Part shown: positions 33,977 to 44,811 of the stretch, one piece after another | How positions within the stretch are numbered: the first letter of the stretch is position 1 | Layout of the letters: every line of letters starts with the position of its first letter | Assembly: GCA_026987025.1 (NCBI GenBank) | Contig: JALSNJ010000040.1 | Coordinates: 16,451-80,450 of the forward strand | Length of the DNA: 64,000 bases | Source: Candidatus Aminicenantes bacterium | GTDB lineage: Bacteria > Acidobacteriota > Aminicenantia > S016-38 | Reading direction: 5' to 3' | The notes under the pieces: generated by a model | What the model was told of the DNA's origin: nothing | The model's database searches: none | The model's input: the letters and a program-made list of their open reading frames with translations, nothing else | Program-made: the position numbers and the translations under genes

Positions 33977-35734
33977 TCACAGCTCTATCTCTTCCCATAG
34001 GGTCATGGCTTCCCTCAGCAGCTCCACCCCTTCCAGAATAAGAGTCCCCGCGGTGGTGATTTTGTCCTCTTTAAAGAAGTGCGAAATCTTGGCCTGGGTG
34101 AGGGTTTTTCCGAAAATTTCCGGGTCGAGCCCGGAGAGCCTCTCCGCTTCTCTGAGGTTAACCCTTCCCTTTTCCTCGGTGGCCTCCTGGGCCGATAGCA
34201 GGAATCTTACAAGATGGGGTGTGAGGGGAAACTCTATCCCATCGGGGACTGCAGATATGGCCCTCTTGATTCTCTCCCCTGCCTCGGTGAGACGGTAAAA
34301 TCCTCCGGGAAGAGCGTCTATCAGGGACTGTCCCACAAGCTTTCTCAGGGCAGAACGGACATGTTCCTCCTCCCTTGGGGGAAATTTGCCCAGAATCCAG
34401 GGCTCAAAAACCCCCCTCCACAGGGGCATTTGCTTGAGGACCCTGGCTTCAAAGGCGGAAATCATGGGCAGCCTTTCAATGGAACTGGCCAGCTGGGCGA
34501 AGAATCTTCCGGATTTGCTGGGATATCCGTTGCCGAGAAGACCCTGCTCCTCTGCCTTGGATACCCAGGAATCCCCCGGAGAGAGGTTTTCCATCCTGGT
34601 GGTGGTTATGGCCATTACGGCGGTAGCGGACACTTCCCTTTTACCAGTCTGTTTCCTGTCCTGCAGAACCCTTTCCCCCCACTCCGTCAGTTCATAGACC
34701 AGTTCCCCCTTTTCCCCTATTTTGGAGTGAAGCATCCTGTAGCTTTCCATAAGGTAGAGGGAATAGGAGACCTTCCAGGGCGTTATGGAGTTCTCCTCGG
34801 CCCTCTTCTTGATCTGAGAATAGCTGGGATAGACCTCCGGATTATTTTCGTGGGCCCTCCAGAGTTCTTCTATTATTTCCAGTACGGTAAGGTCCTGAAG
34901 GTCAATGTCTATGGAAGGGTTCACGGTTATCGGTTCCACATAAAGTAGCTGGGCCGCCTTCAGAAAATGTTCGCCGGCAGGGAGAAGGTTTCCTTCCCCA
35001 TCCATGGCGCCCATAAGCATCAATTTCTCCTTTTCTTCTCCCTGGAGTTCTCCCTCCAGCAGGGAAACGAGAATTTCGTCTGTGAGCGGGAAGTTCACCG
35101 GAGCCCCCTTAAGGAGTCCTGCTCTTATCTGCTGTCCTGCCCCGGTGAGGGAGTAGTTGCTCCCGTAGGGAAGGGAGAAGGTCAAAAGCCCCATGGCCTC
35201 CAGTTGCATCACATCTTCTTTATTCAGGGGAAGGAAGGTTTTTTTGCCCGGTCCCGGAGGGGTTTTTTTCAGTTTTTCTGCCAGGGCAGGGGAGATGAAA
35301 ACCCTGGATTCGGCTATTTTGTAGGCCTGAAGAAGAGATTCTCCTATGGGGAGAAGCTTTCCCTCCATGGCCAGGCCTCTTTTCTGGAGAGCTGAGGAGA
35401 TCTCTTTCTTAAGGGATATGTTCCCCTGGCTTAAAACCGCTATCTCCAGCATGGAGATTACCTCGGAACCCACGAATCTGAAGTCCTCCCCCCATTCCTC
35501 CACGGGACCTATGCTCTGCTCACACTCCCTTATGGCCTCAGCCACCATGTGACCTGCCTGGGTGAGGGTATAAACACCATTTTCCTCGGTAAGGAGACCC
35601 TCCAGGTCCAGGTGGAAGAGGTATTCTATTTCTTCTTCAGTAAGTCTATCCAGGATCCGGTCCAGCTCCATCCCCTGCTCCCATTTTTCCGCCATCCTCT
35701 TTATGAGGGCTGCGTGCTTTTTCAGGATTATCAT
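33977..35734 (-). CDS. Large cytoplasmic protein built of ~8 tandem winged-helix-like repeats (each ending in an [aromatic]-x-L-T-x-x-G motif)
   Basis: 585 aa. Repeated recognition-wing-like motifs are YTLTQAGH, YSLTGAGQ, LLPIGESL, LLPAGEHF, YELTEWGE, YRLTEAGE and TTAGTLIL. There is no TM segment or signal peptide. Confidence 0.55.
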   Translation of the reverse strand: MIILKKHAALIKRMAEKWEQGMELDRILDRLTEEEIEYLFHLDLEGLLTEENGVYTLTQAGHMVAEAIRECEQSIGPVEEWGEDFRFVGSEVISMLEIAVLSQGNISLKKEISSALQKRGLAMEGKLLPIGESLLQAYKIAESRVFISPALAEKLKKTPPGPGKKTFLPLNKEDVMQLEAMGLLTFSLPYGSNYSLTGAGQQIRAGLLKGAPVNFPLTDEILVSLLEGELQGEEKEKLMLMGAMDGEGNLLPAGEHFLKAAQLLYVEPITVNPSIDIDLQDLTVLEIIEELWRAHENNPEVYPSYSQIKKRAEENSITPWKVSYSLYLMESYRMLHSKIGEKGELVYELTEWGERVLQDRKQTGKREVSATAVMAITTTRMENLSPGDSWVSKAEEQGLLGNGYPSKSGRFFAQLASSIERLPMISAFEARVLKQMPLWRGVFEPWILGKFPPREEEHVRSALRKLVGQSLIDALPGGFYRLTEAGERIKRAISAVPDGIEFPLTPHLVRFLLSAQEATEEKGRVNLREAERLSGLDPEIFGKTLTQAKISHFFKEDKITTAGTLILEGVELLREAMTLWEEIEL

Positions 35735-35781
35735 GGCGACCTCCTTGTGGATTTTGTCCAGAATAAATTATAAGGGAAGTG

Positions 35782-36729
35782 TCAAAAGGTCTTTTTCCAG
35801 CCCACCTCTATTTTTTGATAAGGAACCCAGACCCCGTCCACCCATCCGGTGGTGAGGGTTAAGGCGAAATGAAATCCGTTTAGAACAACCTCCTTGCGGT
35901 ATCCCAGCCAGGTAAGCTTTTTACCCTGGTAAAGGGGGTCTCCGTCCTGGTGATAAAAATCCTTTCCCCACCATCGGCTCACAAAAAATTCCCCGTATTT
36001 TCCGGAAAGGGAGAGCTCAACCTCGGTTCCCTTTCCGTGGAAGCGGGAAGGTTCCCAGCGGTCCGGGATGAAGTAAGAATAAAAATAGGCTGCAGAGAAC
36101 CTTAAATTCCCCGCAGGTGTTGAGGACTTCAGCCCTCCTCTCGCCATAATGGCCATGTCGTCCCGGGGTCCTATATGATGTTCCAGGTATTCCCCTCCGA
36201 AGTGGACATAGTGATATTGAAAATCGGCGAAGGGCAGTTTTCCTTCCATGTGCAGTTTGGCCCCCACATCAAATTTTTCCTGAACCAATCTTCTCATTTC
36301 CCTTTGCCAGTTTATCCAGGCCTCTGCCCTGATGGAGGTTCCCAGGTAATTTATCTGGAAACCCCTCTCCGCAGGCCTTTCGTAGTAAAGGGTGTCAAAA
36401 TAAAGGGCCCTGTGAAGGCCGTGGAATTTCCTCAGGTTTCCGAAGCGGAAGCTGAGCCTGGGGTAAGGGGAAAAGACGGCTGCCAGATACGGTAAAACCT
36501 CCCGCTCCCCTCCGTAAAACCTCCAGAGAAGAGCTCCTGCCTCCACCTTAACCTTCGGGTTTATCCTCAGGGAGAAAAATCCCTGGATCCAATCTCCGAA
36601 GAAGGTCCTTCCATCGTAATACGGGTTGGATTTGTATTCAAAGTTATAGAAGAGGGAGTAGTTTTCCAAGGTGAAGTTCACTTTCCCAAGAAGCCACCAG
36701 CTTAGAAGCAGAAGAAAAAAGGTTTTTTT
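35782..36729 (-). CDS. Outer-membrane beta-barrel protein (signal peptide, C-terminal aromatic residue)
   Basis: A signal peptide (MKKTFFLLLLSWWLLG) starts at 36729; the ORF track starts further upstream at 36909. The sequence is rich in Tyr/Trp/Gly with beta-strand periodicity and ends GWKKTF. Confidence 0.55.
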   Translation of the reverse strand, partial: KKTFFLLLLSWWLLGKVNFTLENYSLFYNFEYKSNPYYDGRTFFGDWIQGFFSLRINPKVKVEAGALLWRFYGGEREVLPYLAAVFSPYPRLSFRFGNLRKFHGLHRALYFDTLYYERPAERGFQINYLGTSIRAEAWINWQREMRRLVQEKFDVGAKLHMEGKLPFADFQYHYVHFGGEYLEHHIGPRDDMAIMARGGLKSSTPAGNLRFSAAYFYSYFIPDRWEPSRFHGKGTEVELSLSGKYGEFFVSRWWGKDFYHQDGDPLYQGKKLTWLGYRKEVVLNGFHFALTLTTGWVDGVWVPYQKIEVGWKKTF

Positions 36730-36850
36730 CATGAAGTAGGCATTATATAACAGGGTTTTTTTCAGGTCAACGAGGCTGGCTTTTAGATTTGCTGGAGTTG
36801 ACTTTTCAGGGCTTAGTGTAGAAAATATAACTTTAACAGGAGGATAAAAG

Positions 36851-39601
36851 ATGCTTGACCCCAAGGAACTTAAAAGGACCCTGAACCTGCCCAGGACGGA
36901 TTTTCCCATGAAAGCTTCCCTTCCTCAAAGGGAGCCTCAAATTCTTAAGAAGTGGAAGGAAATGAACCTTTATAAACGAATAAGGGAGCAGAGGAAAGGA
37001 AGGCCCAGGTTCATCCTGCACGATGGCCCCCCCTATGCCAACGGTCGCATACACCTGGGGCACGCCCTTAACAAGATTCTTAAGGATTTCGTGGTCAAAT
37101 CCTATTCCATGATGGGCTACGATGCTCCCTATCTTCCTGGATGGGATTGTCACGGGCTTCCCATTGAGATAAAGGTGGAGAACCAGATAGGGAGGCTGGA
37201 GGATAAAATAAAATTCCGCAGGGAGTGCAAAAAGTACGCTGAAAGATTCGTCAAGCTTCAAAGGGATGAGTTTATCAGGCTCGGTGTTTTCGGGGAGTGG
37301 GAGAACCCTTACCTTACCATGGATCCCGGGTATGAAGCTGAGATCATAAGGCACATCAAGGGATTTTTCCAGAGGGGGGAGGTTTACAGGGCCAAGAAAC
37401 CCGTTTACTGGTGTCCCCACTGCAAGACAGCCTTAGCGGAGGCGGAGATAGAGTATCACGAGCACAAATCCCCCTCGGTTTATGTGAAATTTCCCCTTCT
37501 GGAGCCTGAGAAACTATCCCCTTCCCTGAGGGATAAAAAGGTCTTCGTGGTTATATGGACCACCACCCCCTGGACCCTTCCCGCCAATTTAGCCATAGCC
37601 CTTCACCCCGATTACGACTACGGGGTTTTCAGAAACGGGGAGGAATACTACATACTCGCCAGGCTCCTGGCGCCCATGCTGGAGGAGGAGCTGGGGGCCT
37701 CCTTTGAACTGGTGCATAAATTTGAAGGAAGGGAGCTGGAAGGTTTCAAGGCTAAACATCCTTTCCTGAACAGGGAAAGCCTCGTAGTTCTTGCCGATTA
37801 TGTAACCCTGGAACAGGGAACCGGATGCGTTCACACGGCCCCGGGCCACGGAGAGGAGGACTATCAGACCGGCCTGAAGTACGGGCTTGAAATTCTTTCC
37901 CCTGTGGACGATGAAGGGAGGTTCACCGGGGAAGTGGAGTTTCTTCAGGGGAAAACCGTGTGGGAGGCAAATCCCCTGGTGCTTGAAGTCCTTCGGGAAA
38001 AGGGCATGCTCCTTGCCCAGGGCGAGATAACCCACTCCTATCCACATTGCTGGAGGTGTAAGGGTCCTGTAATCTTCAGAGCAACCCCCCAGTGGTTTAT
38101 CTCCATGGATAAAGCAGGTCTCAGGGACAAAGCCCTGAGGGAGATAAAGAAGGTCCGTTGGATCCCTTCCTGGGGAGAAGAAAGAATATACAACATGATA
38201 GAAAACAGGCCCGACTGGTGCATTTCCCGGCAGAGGAGCTGGGGTGTTCCCATCCCTGTTTTTTATTGTAAAAACTGCGGAGAGCCTCTGGTAAAACCGG
38301 AAGTGATGGATAGGGTGGCGGAGGTTTTTGAAAGGGAGGGCTCCGATTCCTGGTTTCTTCATCCACCGGAATATTTCATCCCCGAGGGCATTAAATGCGA
38401 AAAATGTGGAAGCTCCCAATTCGTGAAGGAAAACGACATAGTGGATGTCTGGTTTGAGTCGGGGACATCCCACGCAGTCCTTAAGCACAGGGAGGACCAC
38501 CGCTGGCCTGCGGATGTTTACCTGGAGGGAAACGACCAATATAGGGGCTGGTTCCACAGCTCCTTGCTGGTGGGGCTGGCCAACGAGGGGGAAAGTCCCT
38601 ACAGGGTGGTTATAACCCACGGATGGGTTTTAGACGAGCAGGGAAGGGCCATGTCCAAGTCCATGGGCAATGTTATTGAGCCCGGCGAGATAATAAAGGA
38701 CTACGGTGCAGAGATACTCCGCCTCTGGGTGGCCTTCCTGGATTACACGGAAGATGTGAAGCTGGGGCAAAACATACTTCAACGACTCACAGAAGCCTAC
38801 AGAAAGATGAGGAACACCTGGAGGTTTATGCTGGGAAACCTGCGGGACTTTATACCGCAGGAGCACACTGTTAAAGAGGAGGAACTTCTTCCCTCGGACA
38901 GGTTCATTCTCACCCGGTTCAGGACTCTGGCCGGGAGGGTGAAGGAGCTTTACAGGAACTACCAGTATTATAAGATAGCCCACCTTTTTTACGACTTCTT
39001 TACGGTGGACCTCAGTTCCTTCTACCTTGACATCGTAAAGGACAGGCTTTATTGTTCCGCTCCAGGGGCCCTGGAGAGAAGGGCGGCCCAGACCGCCATA
39101 TTTGAGATGGCCCGGGATAGCATGAGGCTGCTGGCGCCCATTTTATCCTTCACCGCAGAGGAAGCCTGGGAGCACCTGCCGGAATTTCCCGGAAAGAGTC
39201 CTTCGGTTCACCTGGAAGTTTTCCCTCCACAACTTCCTTCCCTTCTTACTGAAGAGGAAGAAAAGGAATGGGATGTTCTCATGAAGTACAGGGACCTGGC
39301 CAACAAGGCTCTGGACCAGGCGAGAAAGGAGGGATTTATAGGGAATTCCCTGGAGGCTTCCCTCTTGTTTTACGCCCCGGCTGAGGAAAAGAGGGTCCTG
39401 GAAAAATACTCACCCTACTTCCTTGAACTCTTCATAGTTTCCGCCTGGAGGATAGAGGAAGGGGAGGAGAGGGTGGAGGTGGAAAGGGCACCTGGAAAGA
39501 AGTGCGAACGCTGCTGGGTTTATCATCCCGAGGTGGGAAAGGACCCGCAGCATCCCAACCTTTGCCCGAGATGCATAGCGGTGGTAAAGGAGCTGATTTG
39601 A
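36851..39601 (+). CDS. ileS: Isoleucyl-tRNA synthetase (type 1, C-terminal zinc finger)
   Basis: [23 protein letters not shown] as the HIGH motif, KMSKS-like AMSKSMGN, and C-terminal CERCW...CPRC. Confidence 0.95.
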   Translation: MLDPKELKRTLNLPRTDFPMKASLPQREPQILKKWKEMNLYKRIREQRKGRPRFILHDGPPYANGRIHLGHALNKILKDFVVKSYSMMGYDAPYLPGWDCHGLPIEIKVENQIGRLEDKIKFRRECKKYAERFVKLQRDEFIRLGVFGEWENPYLTMDPGYEAEIIRHIKGFFQRGEVYRAKKPVYWCPHCKTALAEAEIEYHEHKSPSVYVKFPLLEPEKLSPSLRDKKVFVVIWTTTPWTLPANLAIALHPDYDYGVFRNGEEYYILARLLAPMLEEELGASFELVHKFEGRELEGFKAKHPFLNRESLVVLADYVTLEQGTGCVHTAPGHGEEDYQTGLKYGLEILSPVDDEGRFTGEVEFLQGKTVWEANPLVLEVLREKGMLLAQGEITHSYPHCWRCKGPVIFRATPQWFISMDKAGLRDKALREIKKVRWIPSWGEERIYNMIENRPDWCISRQRSWGVPIPVFYCKNCGEPLVKPEVMDRVAEVFEREGSDSWFLHPPEYFIPEGIKCEKCGSSQFVKENDIVDVWFESGTSHAVLKHREDHRWPADVYLEGNDQYRGWFHSSLLVGLANEGESPYRVVITHGWVLDEQGRAMSKSMGNVIEPGEIIKDYGAEILRLWVAFLDYTEDVKLGQNILQRLTEAYRKMRNTWRFMLGNLRDFIPQEHTVKEEELLPSDRFILTRFRTLAGRVKELYRNYQYYKIAHLFYDFFTVDLSSFYLDIVKDRLYCSAPGALERRAAQTAIFEMARDSMRLLAPILSFTAEEAWEHLPEFPGKSPSVHLEVFPPQLPSLLTEEEEKEWDVLMKYRDLANKALDQARKEGFIGNSLEASLLFYAPAEEKRVLEKYSPYFLELFIVSAWRIEEGEERVEVERAPGKKCERCWVYHPEVGKDPQHPNLCPRCIAVVKELI

Positions 39602-40080
39602 AGTTAAGTAAGGCTCTGGCCCTTATAGCCCTTCTTGTGGGGGGGGACCAGTACACAAAATGGCTGGTTTCTCAGAACATTCCTCCCTGGAAGGTAATAA
39701 GGCTTACTTCCTTCCTCAGTCTGGTTAATGTAAGAAACCGGGGCATGGTTTTCGGCTTTCTTTCCGATGCCCGCAACCCTCTGATATTCTGGGTTATAAC
39801 CCTTATATCCCTGGGGGCTGCCCTTTTCGTGCTTTACCTTTTTTTCAAGGAGAGGGAAAGGCTGCCCCGGATGGCCCTTTCCCTGATAATCGCCGGAGCC
39901 GGGGGCAACCTTATGAACCGATTTCTTCAGGGAAGCGTGCTGGATTTCATAGATCTACATTGGGAAAAATATCACTGGCCGGTTTTCAACTTCGCCGATG
40001 CCTGCATCACCGTGGGCTCCCTGACCCTGGTAATATACCTTCTTTTTAAGGGAGGTGAAGATGTATCCCATATTGATTAA
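39571..40080 (+). CDS. lspA: Lipoprotein signal peptidase (signal peptidase II)
   Basis: [17 protein letters not shown]...NRGMVFGF...[12 protein letters not shown] are LspA motifs. The start is ambiguous (ATG at 39571 inside the ileS 3' end, or TTG at 39598). The ORF track starts at 39502. Confidence 0.8.
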   Translation: MHSGGKGADLKLSKALALIALLVGGDQYTKWLVSQNIPPWKVIRLTSFLSLVNVRNRGMVFGFLSDARNPLIFWVITLISLGAALFVLYLFFKERERLPRMALSLIIAGAGGNLMNRFLQGSVLDFIDLHWEKYHWPVFNFADACITVGSLTLVIYLLFKGGEDVSHID

Positions 40081-40855
40081 AATAGGGCCTCTTACGGTTT
40101 ACGGATACGGCTTCTGGATAGCCGTGGGGCTTTTAGCTGGGTTCTGGCTCATGGGAAGGGAGGCAAAGAGGCAGGGGCTTCCGCACAATACTGTGGTAAA
40201 CATTGCCTTCTGGACCGTTGTATTCTCCTTCTTAGTTTCAAAATTAGGGCTTTTGTTTGAGGACCCGGGTTATTACTCTTCGCATTTAAAAGAACTCCTT
40301 CGCTCCGGAGGGGTTTTTTACGCAGGCCTCATAGGTGGACTTATTTTCGTAATCCTGGCCCTTAAAATAAAGAAACTTCCCTTCTGGAAGGTCATGGATG
40401 TGTACGCCTTGGTGATTCCGTTGGGGCACGGATTCGGCAGGCAGGGATGCTTTTCCGCCGGATGTTGCTACGGAAGGCCTACGGATGTCCCCTGGGGTGT
40501 GGTTTTCCACAGCCAGTTTGCCCACGAACATGTGGGAACCCCTATTGGTGTAAAAATACACCCTGTGCAGCTTTACGAGTCCTTTTTGAATTTCATCCTT
40601 TTCGGGATCCTTTATTTCGTGGTGAGGAAAAGGAAAAAATTTGATGGGGAGATTTCCGCCCTTTACCTTATAGGATATGGGCTTATAAGGTTTCACGACG
40701 AATATTACAGGGGGGACCCGGGAAGAGGTTGGATAATACACGGGGGGTCCGTATGGACTTCCCTTTCTGTGCCTCAGTTTATAAGCCTTCTTTTAATACT
40801 GGCCGGCATAATAATAATCCTGGTCCGAAGGAGGAATGGGGAAAATAAAGGCTGA
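40055..40855 (+). CDS. lgt: Prolipoprotein diacylglyceryl transferase
   Basis: A polytopic protein with YGYGFWIAVGLLAG...GRPT...HPVQLYES and an Lgt signature region. Confidence 0.85.
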   Translation: MKMYPILIKIGPLTVYGYGFWIAVGLLAGFWLMGREAKRQGLPHNTVVNIAFWTVVFSFLVSKLGLLFEDPGYYSSHLKELLRSGGVFYAGLIGGLIFVILALKIKKLPFWKVMDVYALVIPLGHGFGRQGCFSAGCCYGRPTDVPWGVVFHSQFAHEHVGTPIGVKIHPVQLYESFLNFILFGILYFVVRKRKKFDGEISALYLIGYGLIRFHDEYYRGDPGRGWIIHGGSVWTSLSVPQFISLLLILAGIIIILVRRRNGENKG

Positions 40856-41750
40856 GTTTGAGGTGGAGCAAGAAGGGAGGCTGGATCAATACTTAGCTTC
40901 CCGCCTGGAAGTTTCCAGATCTAAAGTTCAAAAACTCATAAAATCAGGCAAGGTTTTGGTTAATGGCCGAAGGTGCAAACCTTCCCATTGGTTAAGGGTT
41001 GGGGAGAGGGTTTCGGTGGAGGTGGAGGAAGAGGAGGAAGGGCCGAGGCCCGCCGATGTTCATTTCACCCTGATCTACGAGGATTCTCATGTTATGGTGG
41101 TGGACAAACCCTCTGGGCTAACCGTGCATCCGGCTCCAGGGGTTAAAGAACCCACCTTAGTAAACGGACTCCTGAAGTTAAGGCCTGAGTTGCAGGGGGT
41201 GGGAAGCCCTCAGCGTCCTGGAATAGTCCACCGTCTTGATAAAGACACCTCCGGGGTTATGGTTGTAGCCAAAACCCAGGAGGCTTTCCTTTCCCTCCAG
41301 AGGCAATTCCAGGAAAGGGCCGTTAGGAAAAGCTACCTGGCAGTGGTTGAGGGAGAACCCCCTTCCAGGGGGGAGATACCCTTTTCCATAGGGAGGGACC
41401 CCCATCATCCAGGGAGGTTTTCTGTGGGTGCTTACTCTGTGAGGGAGGCCTACACCGAGTTTTTAAAGCTGGCACAAAGGGGAGAATATGCGGTCCTCCT
41501 GGTGTGCCCTAAAACCGGAAGAACCCATCAAATAAGAGTTCACCTTTCCTTTGCAGGTTATCCTATAGTGGGGGACCCCATATATGGCCAGGCCCCGGGC
41601 CCCATGGGAAGGCTTGCCCTTCACGCCTATTGCCTTTCCTTCCTTCATCCGGAGGAGGGGAGGAGGGTGAAATTTTGCTCTAAAATCCCTGAGGAGTTTT
41701 TCCCTTTTCTGAAGGATGTAAAGCTGCCGGAGTTTTGCGCAGATTTTTGA
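40836..41750 (+). CDS. rluD: 23S rRNA pseudouridine synthase, RluA/RluD family (S4 + PseudoU_synth_2)
   Basis: N-terminal S4 domain, catalytic HRLDKDTSGVMVVAKT motif, 304 aa. Confidence 0.85.
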   Translation: MGKIKAEFEVEQEGRLDQYLASRLEVSRSKVQKLIKSGKVLVNGRRCKPSHWLRVGERVSVEVEEEEEGPRPADVHFTLIYEDSHVMVVDKPSGLTVHPAPGVKEPTLVNGLLKLRPELQGVGSPQRPGIVHRLDKDTSGVMVVAKTQEAFLSLQRQFQERAVRKSYLAVVEGEPPSRGEIPFSIGRDPHHPGRFSVGAYSVREAYTEFLKLAQRGEYAVLLVCPKTGRTHQIRVHLSFAGYPIVGDPIYGQAPGPMGRLALHAYCLSFLHPEEGRRVKFCSKIPEEFFPFLKDVKLPEFCADF

Positions 41751-43916
41751 TTATTTATCAAAAAGGGAGGGAAAGAGGGATTCCCAGCTCCTTCGGAGCT
41801 GCTTCAAGGGCAGGTCTAATTTTTTCCTTCCGTTTATGTAGGCCACTAAATCCTGGCCCTTTACTGTCCCCAGTTTTAACACCGGAACATCGGCTTCCAA
41901 TTCTCCTGGGGCGAAGACCAGGGCCCTGGAAGGACTTTCTCCAAAAAGGAAGTAAGCTTCCTCTTCCCGGGTGGAGAAGGAGAGTTCCGCTCCTATGTCT
42001 ATGTGGAAAAGAGCTTCGGCCAGGTTAGGAAGGAGGCCTCCCGGGGAAAGGTCCACCGCGTAGGCTACCTTCCCCTCCCTGACGAGCCTTATGAGCTGCT
42101 GCTGGAGGAGCTTTTCCTTCTCTAAGTCAATTTCCGGAACCCTTCCCCCTGTTTGACCGAGGACGGCTTTGAGGTAAACCGAGGAACCCAAGTCCTTTCC
42201 CGTCCATCCAAGAAGGAATATTCCCATGCCCTCCTCCACCCTCTCGGGCCTCGGTATGGTCCTGTAGTCCTCCACAAGTCCTACAGCCCCTATAACCACT
42301 GTTGGAGGGATGGCCTTTCCCTGGGTCTCGTTGTAGAAGCTTACATTTCCACCGGTGACAGGAACCTCAAAAAACTCTAAGGCTTCCTTCATGCCCTCTA
42401 TGGTTTCCACGAATTGTCCCATGACCTTCGGCTTTTCCGGGTTTCCGAAGTTCAGGCAATTGGTTATTCCTAAGGGTTCTGCCCCCACGCAGGCCAGGTT
42501 CCTGAAGGCTTCCGCTACAGTTAAAACTGCTGCGGCCTTGGGATTTGCCCTTCCCCAGGCAGGGTTGGCATCTATGGTGAGGGCTATGGCCTCCTTCTGT
42601 CCCTTTATTTTAAGAACCGAAGGACCTATTCCTGGAAGAAGAACGGTGTTGGTCTGGACCATGTGGTCGTATTGCTGGTAAATCCACCGTCGGGAGGCCA
42701 TGTGGGGGGAGGAGATTATCTTCAAAAGGGCCTTCTGCCAGTTTCTTTCCTCAGCCCAGGCCGGGTCCTCCCTCTCGTCTATCTCCGGCTTTTCGTAGGG
42801 CCTTTGGTATTGAGGAGCATCTCCGGCCAGGGATTCCACGGGAACATCCGCCACCGGTTCGCCCTTCCAGAAGGCTTTGAACCTGCGGTCTTCTGTGGTT
42901 TTTCCCACCACCACAGCCTCTATTCCCCATTTTTCAAAAATCCTTTTTATCTCCTCCTCCTTTCCCTTCTTGGCCACCATAAGCATCCGTTCCTGGGACT
43001 CCGAAAGCAGGATTTCGTAAGGGTTCATCCCCTCTTCCCTGAGAGGAACCCGGTCCAGATATAGCTCCACCCCCACACCGCCTTTGGAGGCCATCTCCGA
43101 GGAGGAAGAGGTGAGTCCCGCAGCCCCCATGTCCTGAATGCCCTCTATGAGGTTCTTCTCCATTACCTCCAGGGTTGCCTCCATGAGAAGCTTTTCCCTG
43201 AAAGGGTCTCCAACCTGAACATTTACCTTTTTGTGCTCGGTCTCCTGCCCGAACTCCGCCGATGCCATGGTGGCTCCGTGAATTCCATCCCTTCCCGTGG
43301 GGGCACCGGCGTAGACAAGGGAGAGGCCAGGTTTTCCCGCCCTGGCGTAAAATATGCCGTCCTTTTCGGCAATTCCCACGCACATTACATTCACTAAGGG
43401 ATTGTGGGAAAACTCCTCCTCAAAATCCACTTCTCCACCCACCGTAGGAACTCCCACGGGGTTTCCATAGCCCGCTATTCCGCTTACCACTCCCTCCATT
43501 ATTGCCCGATTGGAGGGCCTCTCCAGCGGTCCAAAGTGTAGGGAGTCCAGAAGGGCCACGGGCCTCGCCCCCATGGTAAATATATCCCTCAAAATTCCCC
43601 CCACACCGGTGGCTGCTCCCTGATAGGGTTCCACGAAGGAAGGGTGATTGTGGGATTCTACCTTGAAGACCACGGCCTTTCCGGCGGCTTCCACGACCCC
43701 GGCGTTTTCTCCGGGTCCCTGAATCAGATATTTCCCCTTTGTGGGGAGTTTTTTAAGATGGACCTTAGAGCTTTTGTAGGAGCAGTGCTCTGACCACATT
43801 ACCGAATACAGGCCCAGCTCCACTAAATTGGGCTCCCTTCCGAGTATTTTCTTTATCCTCTGGTATTCTTCTACGGTTAAATTGTGCTCTTCAAGGAGTC
43901 TTTTTAGCGATCTCAT
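41751..43916 (-). CDS. purL: Phosphoribosylformylglycinamidine synthase subunit II
   Basis: 721 aa with duplicated AIRS/AIRS_C domains and the characteristic PurL N-terminus ([21 protein letters not shown]). Confidence 0.95.
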   Translation of the reverse strand: MRSLKRLLEEHNLTVEEYQRIKKILGREPNLVELGLYSVMWSEHCSYKSSKVHLKKLPTKGKYLIQGPGENAGVVEAAGKAVVFKVESHNHPSFVEPYQGAATGVGGILRDIFTMGARPVALLDSLHFGPLERPSNRAIMEGVVSGIAGYGNPVGVPTVGGEVDFEEEFSHNPLVNVMCVGIAEKDGIFYARAGKPGLSLVYAGAPTGRDGIHGATMASAEFGQETEHKKVNVQVGDPFREKLLMEATLEVMEKNLIEGIQDMGAAGLTSSSSEMASKGGVGVELYLDRVPLREEGMNPYEILLSESQERMLMVAKKGKEEEIKRIFEKWGIEAVVVGKTTEDRRFKAFWKGEPVADVPVESLAGDAPQYQRPYEKPEIDEREDPAWAEERNWQKALLKIISSPHMASRRWIYQQYDHMVQTNTVLLPGIGPSVLKIKGQKEAIALTIDANPAWGRANPKAAAVLTVAEAFRNLACVGAEPLGITNCLNFGNPEKPKVMGQFVETIEGMKEALEFFEVPVTGGNVSFYNETQGKAIPPTVVIGAVGLVEDYRTIPRPERVEEGMGIFLLGWTGKDLGSSVYLKAVLGQTGGRVPEIDLEKEKLLQQQLIRLVREGKVAYAVDLSPGGLLPNLAEALFHIDIGAELSFSTREEEAYFLFGESPSRALVFAPGELEADVPVLKLGTVKGQDLVAYINGRKKLDLPLKQLRRSWESLFPSLFDK

Positions 43917-44596
43917 GATTCCCTCACATACTTGGCCGCAGATAGGAAGGTCCGAAGACCGTCGGTGGAGCCCAGTTCCGCTTCAGAGGCTCTTTCAGGG
44001 TGGGGCATCATTCCCAGGATATTTCCCCCTCGGTTTATTATCCCTGCTATATCGTTAAGTGAACCGTTGGGGTTTTCCCTGTAGCGGAAAACTACCCTTT
44101 TTTCCCTTTCCAGAAGCGCCAGTTTGTGGGGTTCAATGAAGTAATTGCCGTCTATGTGGGCTATGGGCATCTTTACCCTTTCCCCTTTTTCGTAGAGCAG
44201 GGTGAAGGGGGTTTCGGCGTTTTCCACCTCCAGCTCTTCAAACCGGCATATAAATCTCAGGCCTTTGTTTCTCAGCATGGCTCCGGGAAGAAGCCCTGCC
44301 TCCAATAGAATCTGGAAGCCGTTGCATATTCCCAGAACCAGCCCTCCCCCCTCGGCGAACTCCCTGATGGCCTCCATTATGGGGGAGAAGCGGGCAATGG
44401 CCCCGCTTCTTAGGTAATCTCCGTAGGAAAAACCTCCGGGAAGAACCACCACCTGGGAGCCACGAAGGTCCCGTTCCCGGTGCCAGAGGTAAACAGCCTC
44501 CTCCTCCGCCACCTCCTTTATTACATGGTAGGTGTCCCGGTCGCAGTTGGTCCCGGGGAATACCACCACCCCGAACCTTATTTTTCTGTTTCCCAT
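43913..44596 (-). CDS. purQ: Phosphoribosylformylglycinamidine synthase glutaminase subunit
   Basis: [16 protein letters not shown], a catalytic Cys in GICNGFQ, and a His/Glu at the C-terminus. Confidence 0.9.
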   Translation of the reverse strand: MGNRKIRFGVVVFPGTNCDRDTYHVIKEVAEEEAVYLWHRERDLRGSQVVVLPGGFSYGDYLRSGAIARFSPIMEAIREFAEGGGLVLGICNGFQILLEAGLLPGAMLRNKGLRFICRFEELEVENAETPFTLLYEKGERVKMPIAHIDGNYFIEPHKLALLEREKRVVFRYRENPNGSLNDIAGIINRGGNILGMMPHPERASEAELGSTDGLRTFLSAAKYVRES

Positions 44597-44811
44597 CGGA
44601 AGTCCTCTATGACCGGGTTGGCAAGCACCTTTCTGGCTATCTCCTCTATTACCTTCCCGGCGTCCTTTTCGTCCAGTTCAATGTAAAAGACCTTTCCCTG
44701 GCGAACTTCCCTTATGGTGTCGTATCCCAGGGTATGCAGGGCCCTCTTTATGGTCTCCCCCTGGGGGTCCAGGACCTCTGGCTTAAGGAAAACTTCAATT
44801 TTTGCCTTCAT
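44578..44811 (-). CDS. purS: Phosphoribosylformylglycinamidine synthase subunit PurS
   Basis: 77 aa and a PurS fold ([30 protein letters not shown]). Confidence 0.85.
   Translation of the reverse strand: MKAKIEVFLKPEVLDPQGETIKRALHTLGYDTIREVRQGKVFYIELDEKDAGKVIEEIARKVLANPVIEDFRWETEK

Noticed and set aside
36730-36850. T-box leader or other attenuator upstream of ileS
   Set aside because: The region is only 120 nt, has no T-box specifier or antiterminator motif (AGGGUGGNACCGCG), and this is a Gram-negative-type genome. It contains only a plausible sigma-70-like TTGACT...TAGAAAAT promoter.
37589-38620. 343-aa ORF antisense to ileS, together with many other long antisense ORFs (e.g. 17745..18233 vs lon, 46416..47231 vs tpiA/pgk, 34214..34948, 42663..43064, 51417..51906)
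   Set aside because: They lie entirely inside well-supported genes on the other strand. They have Pro/Gly/Ser/Arg-rich, low-complexity composition typical of antisense reading of GC-rich codons, and they carry no motifs.
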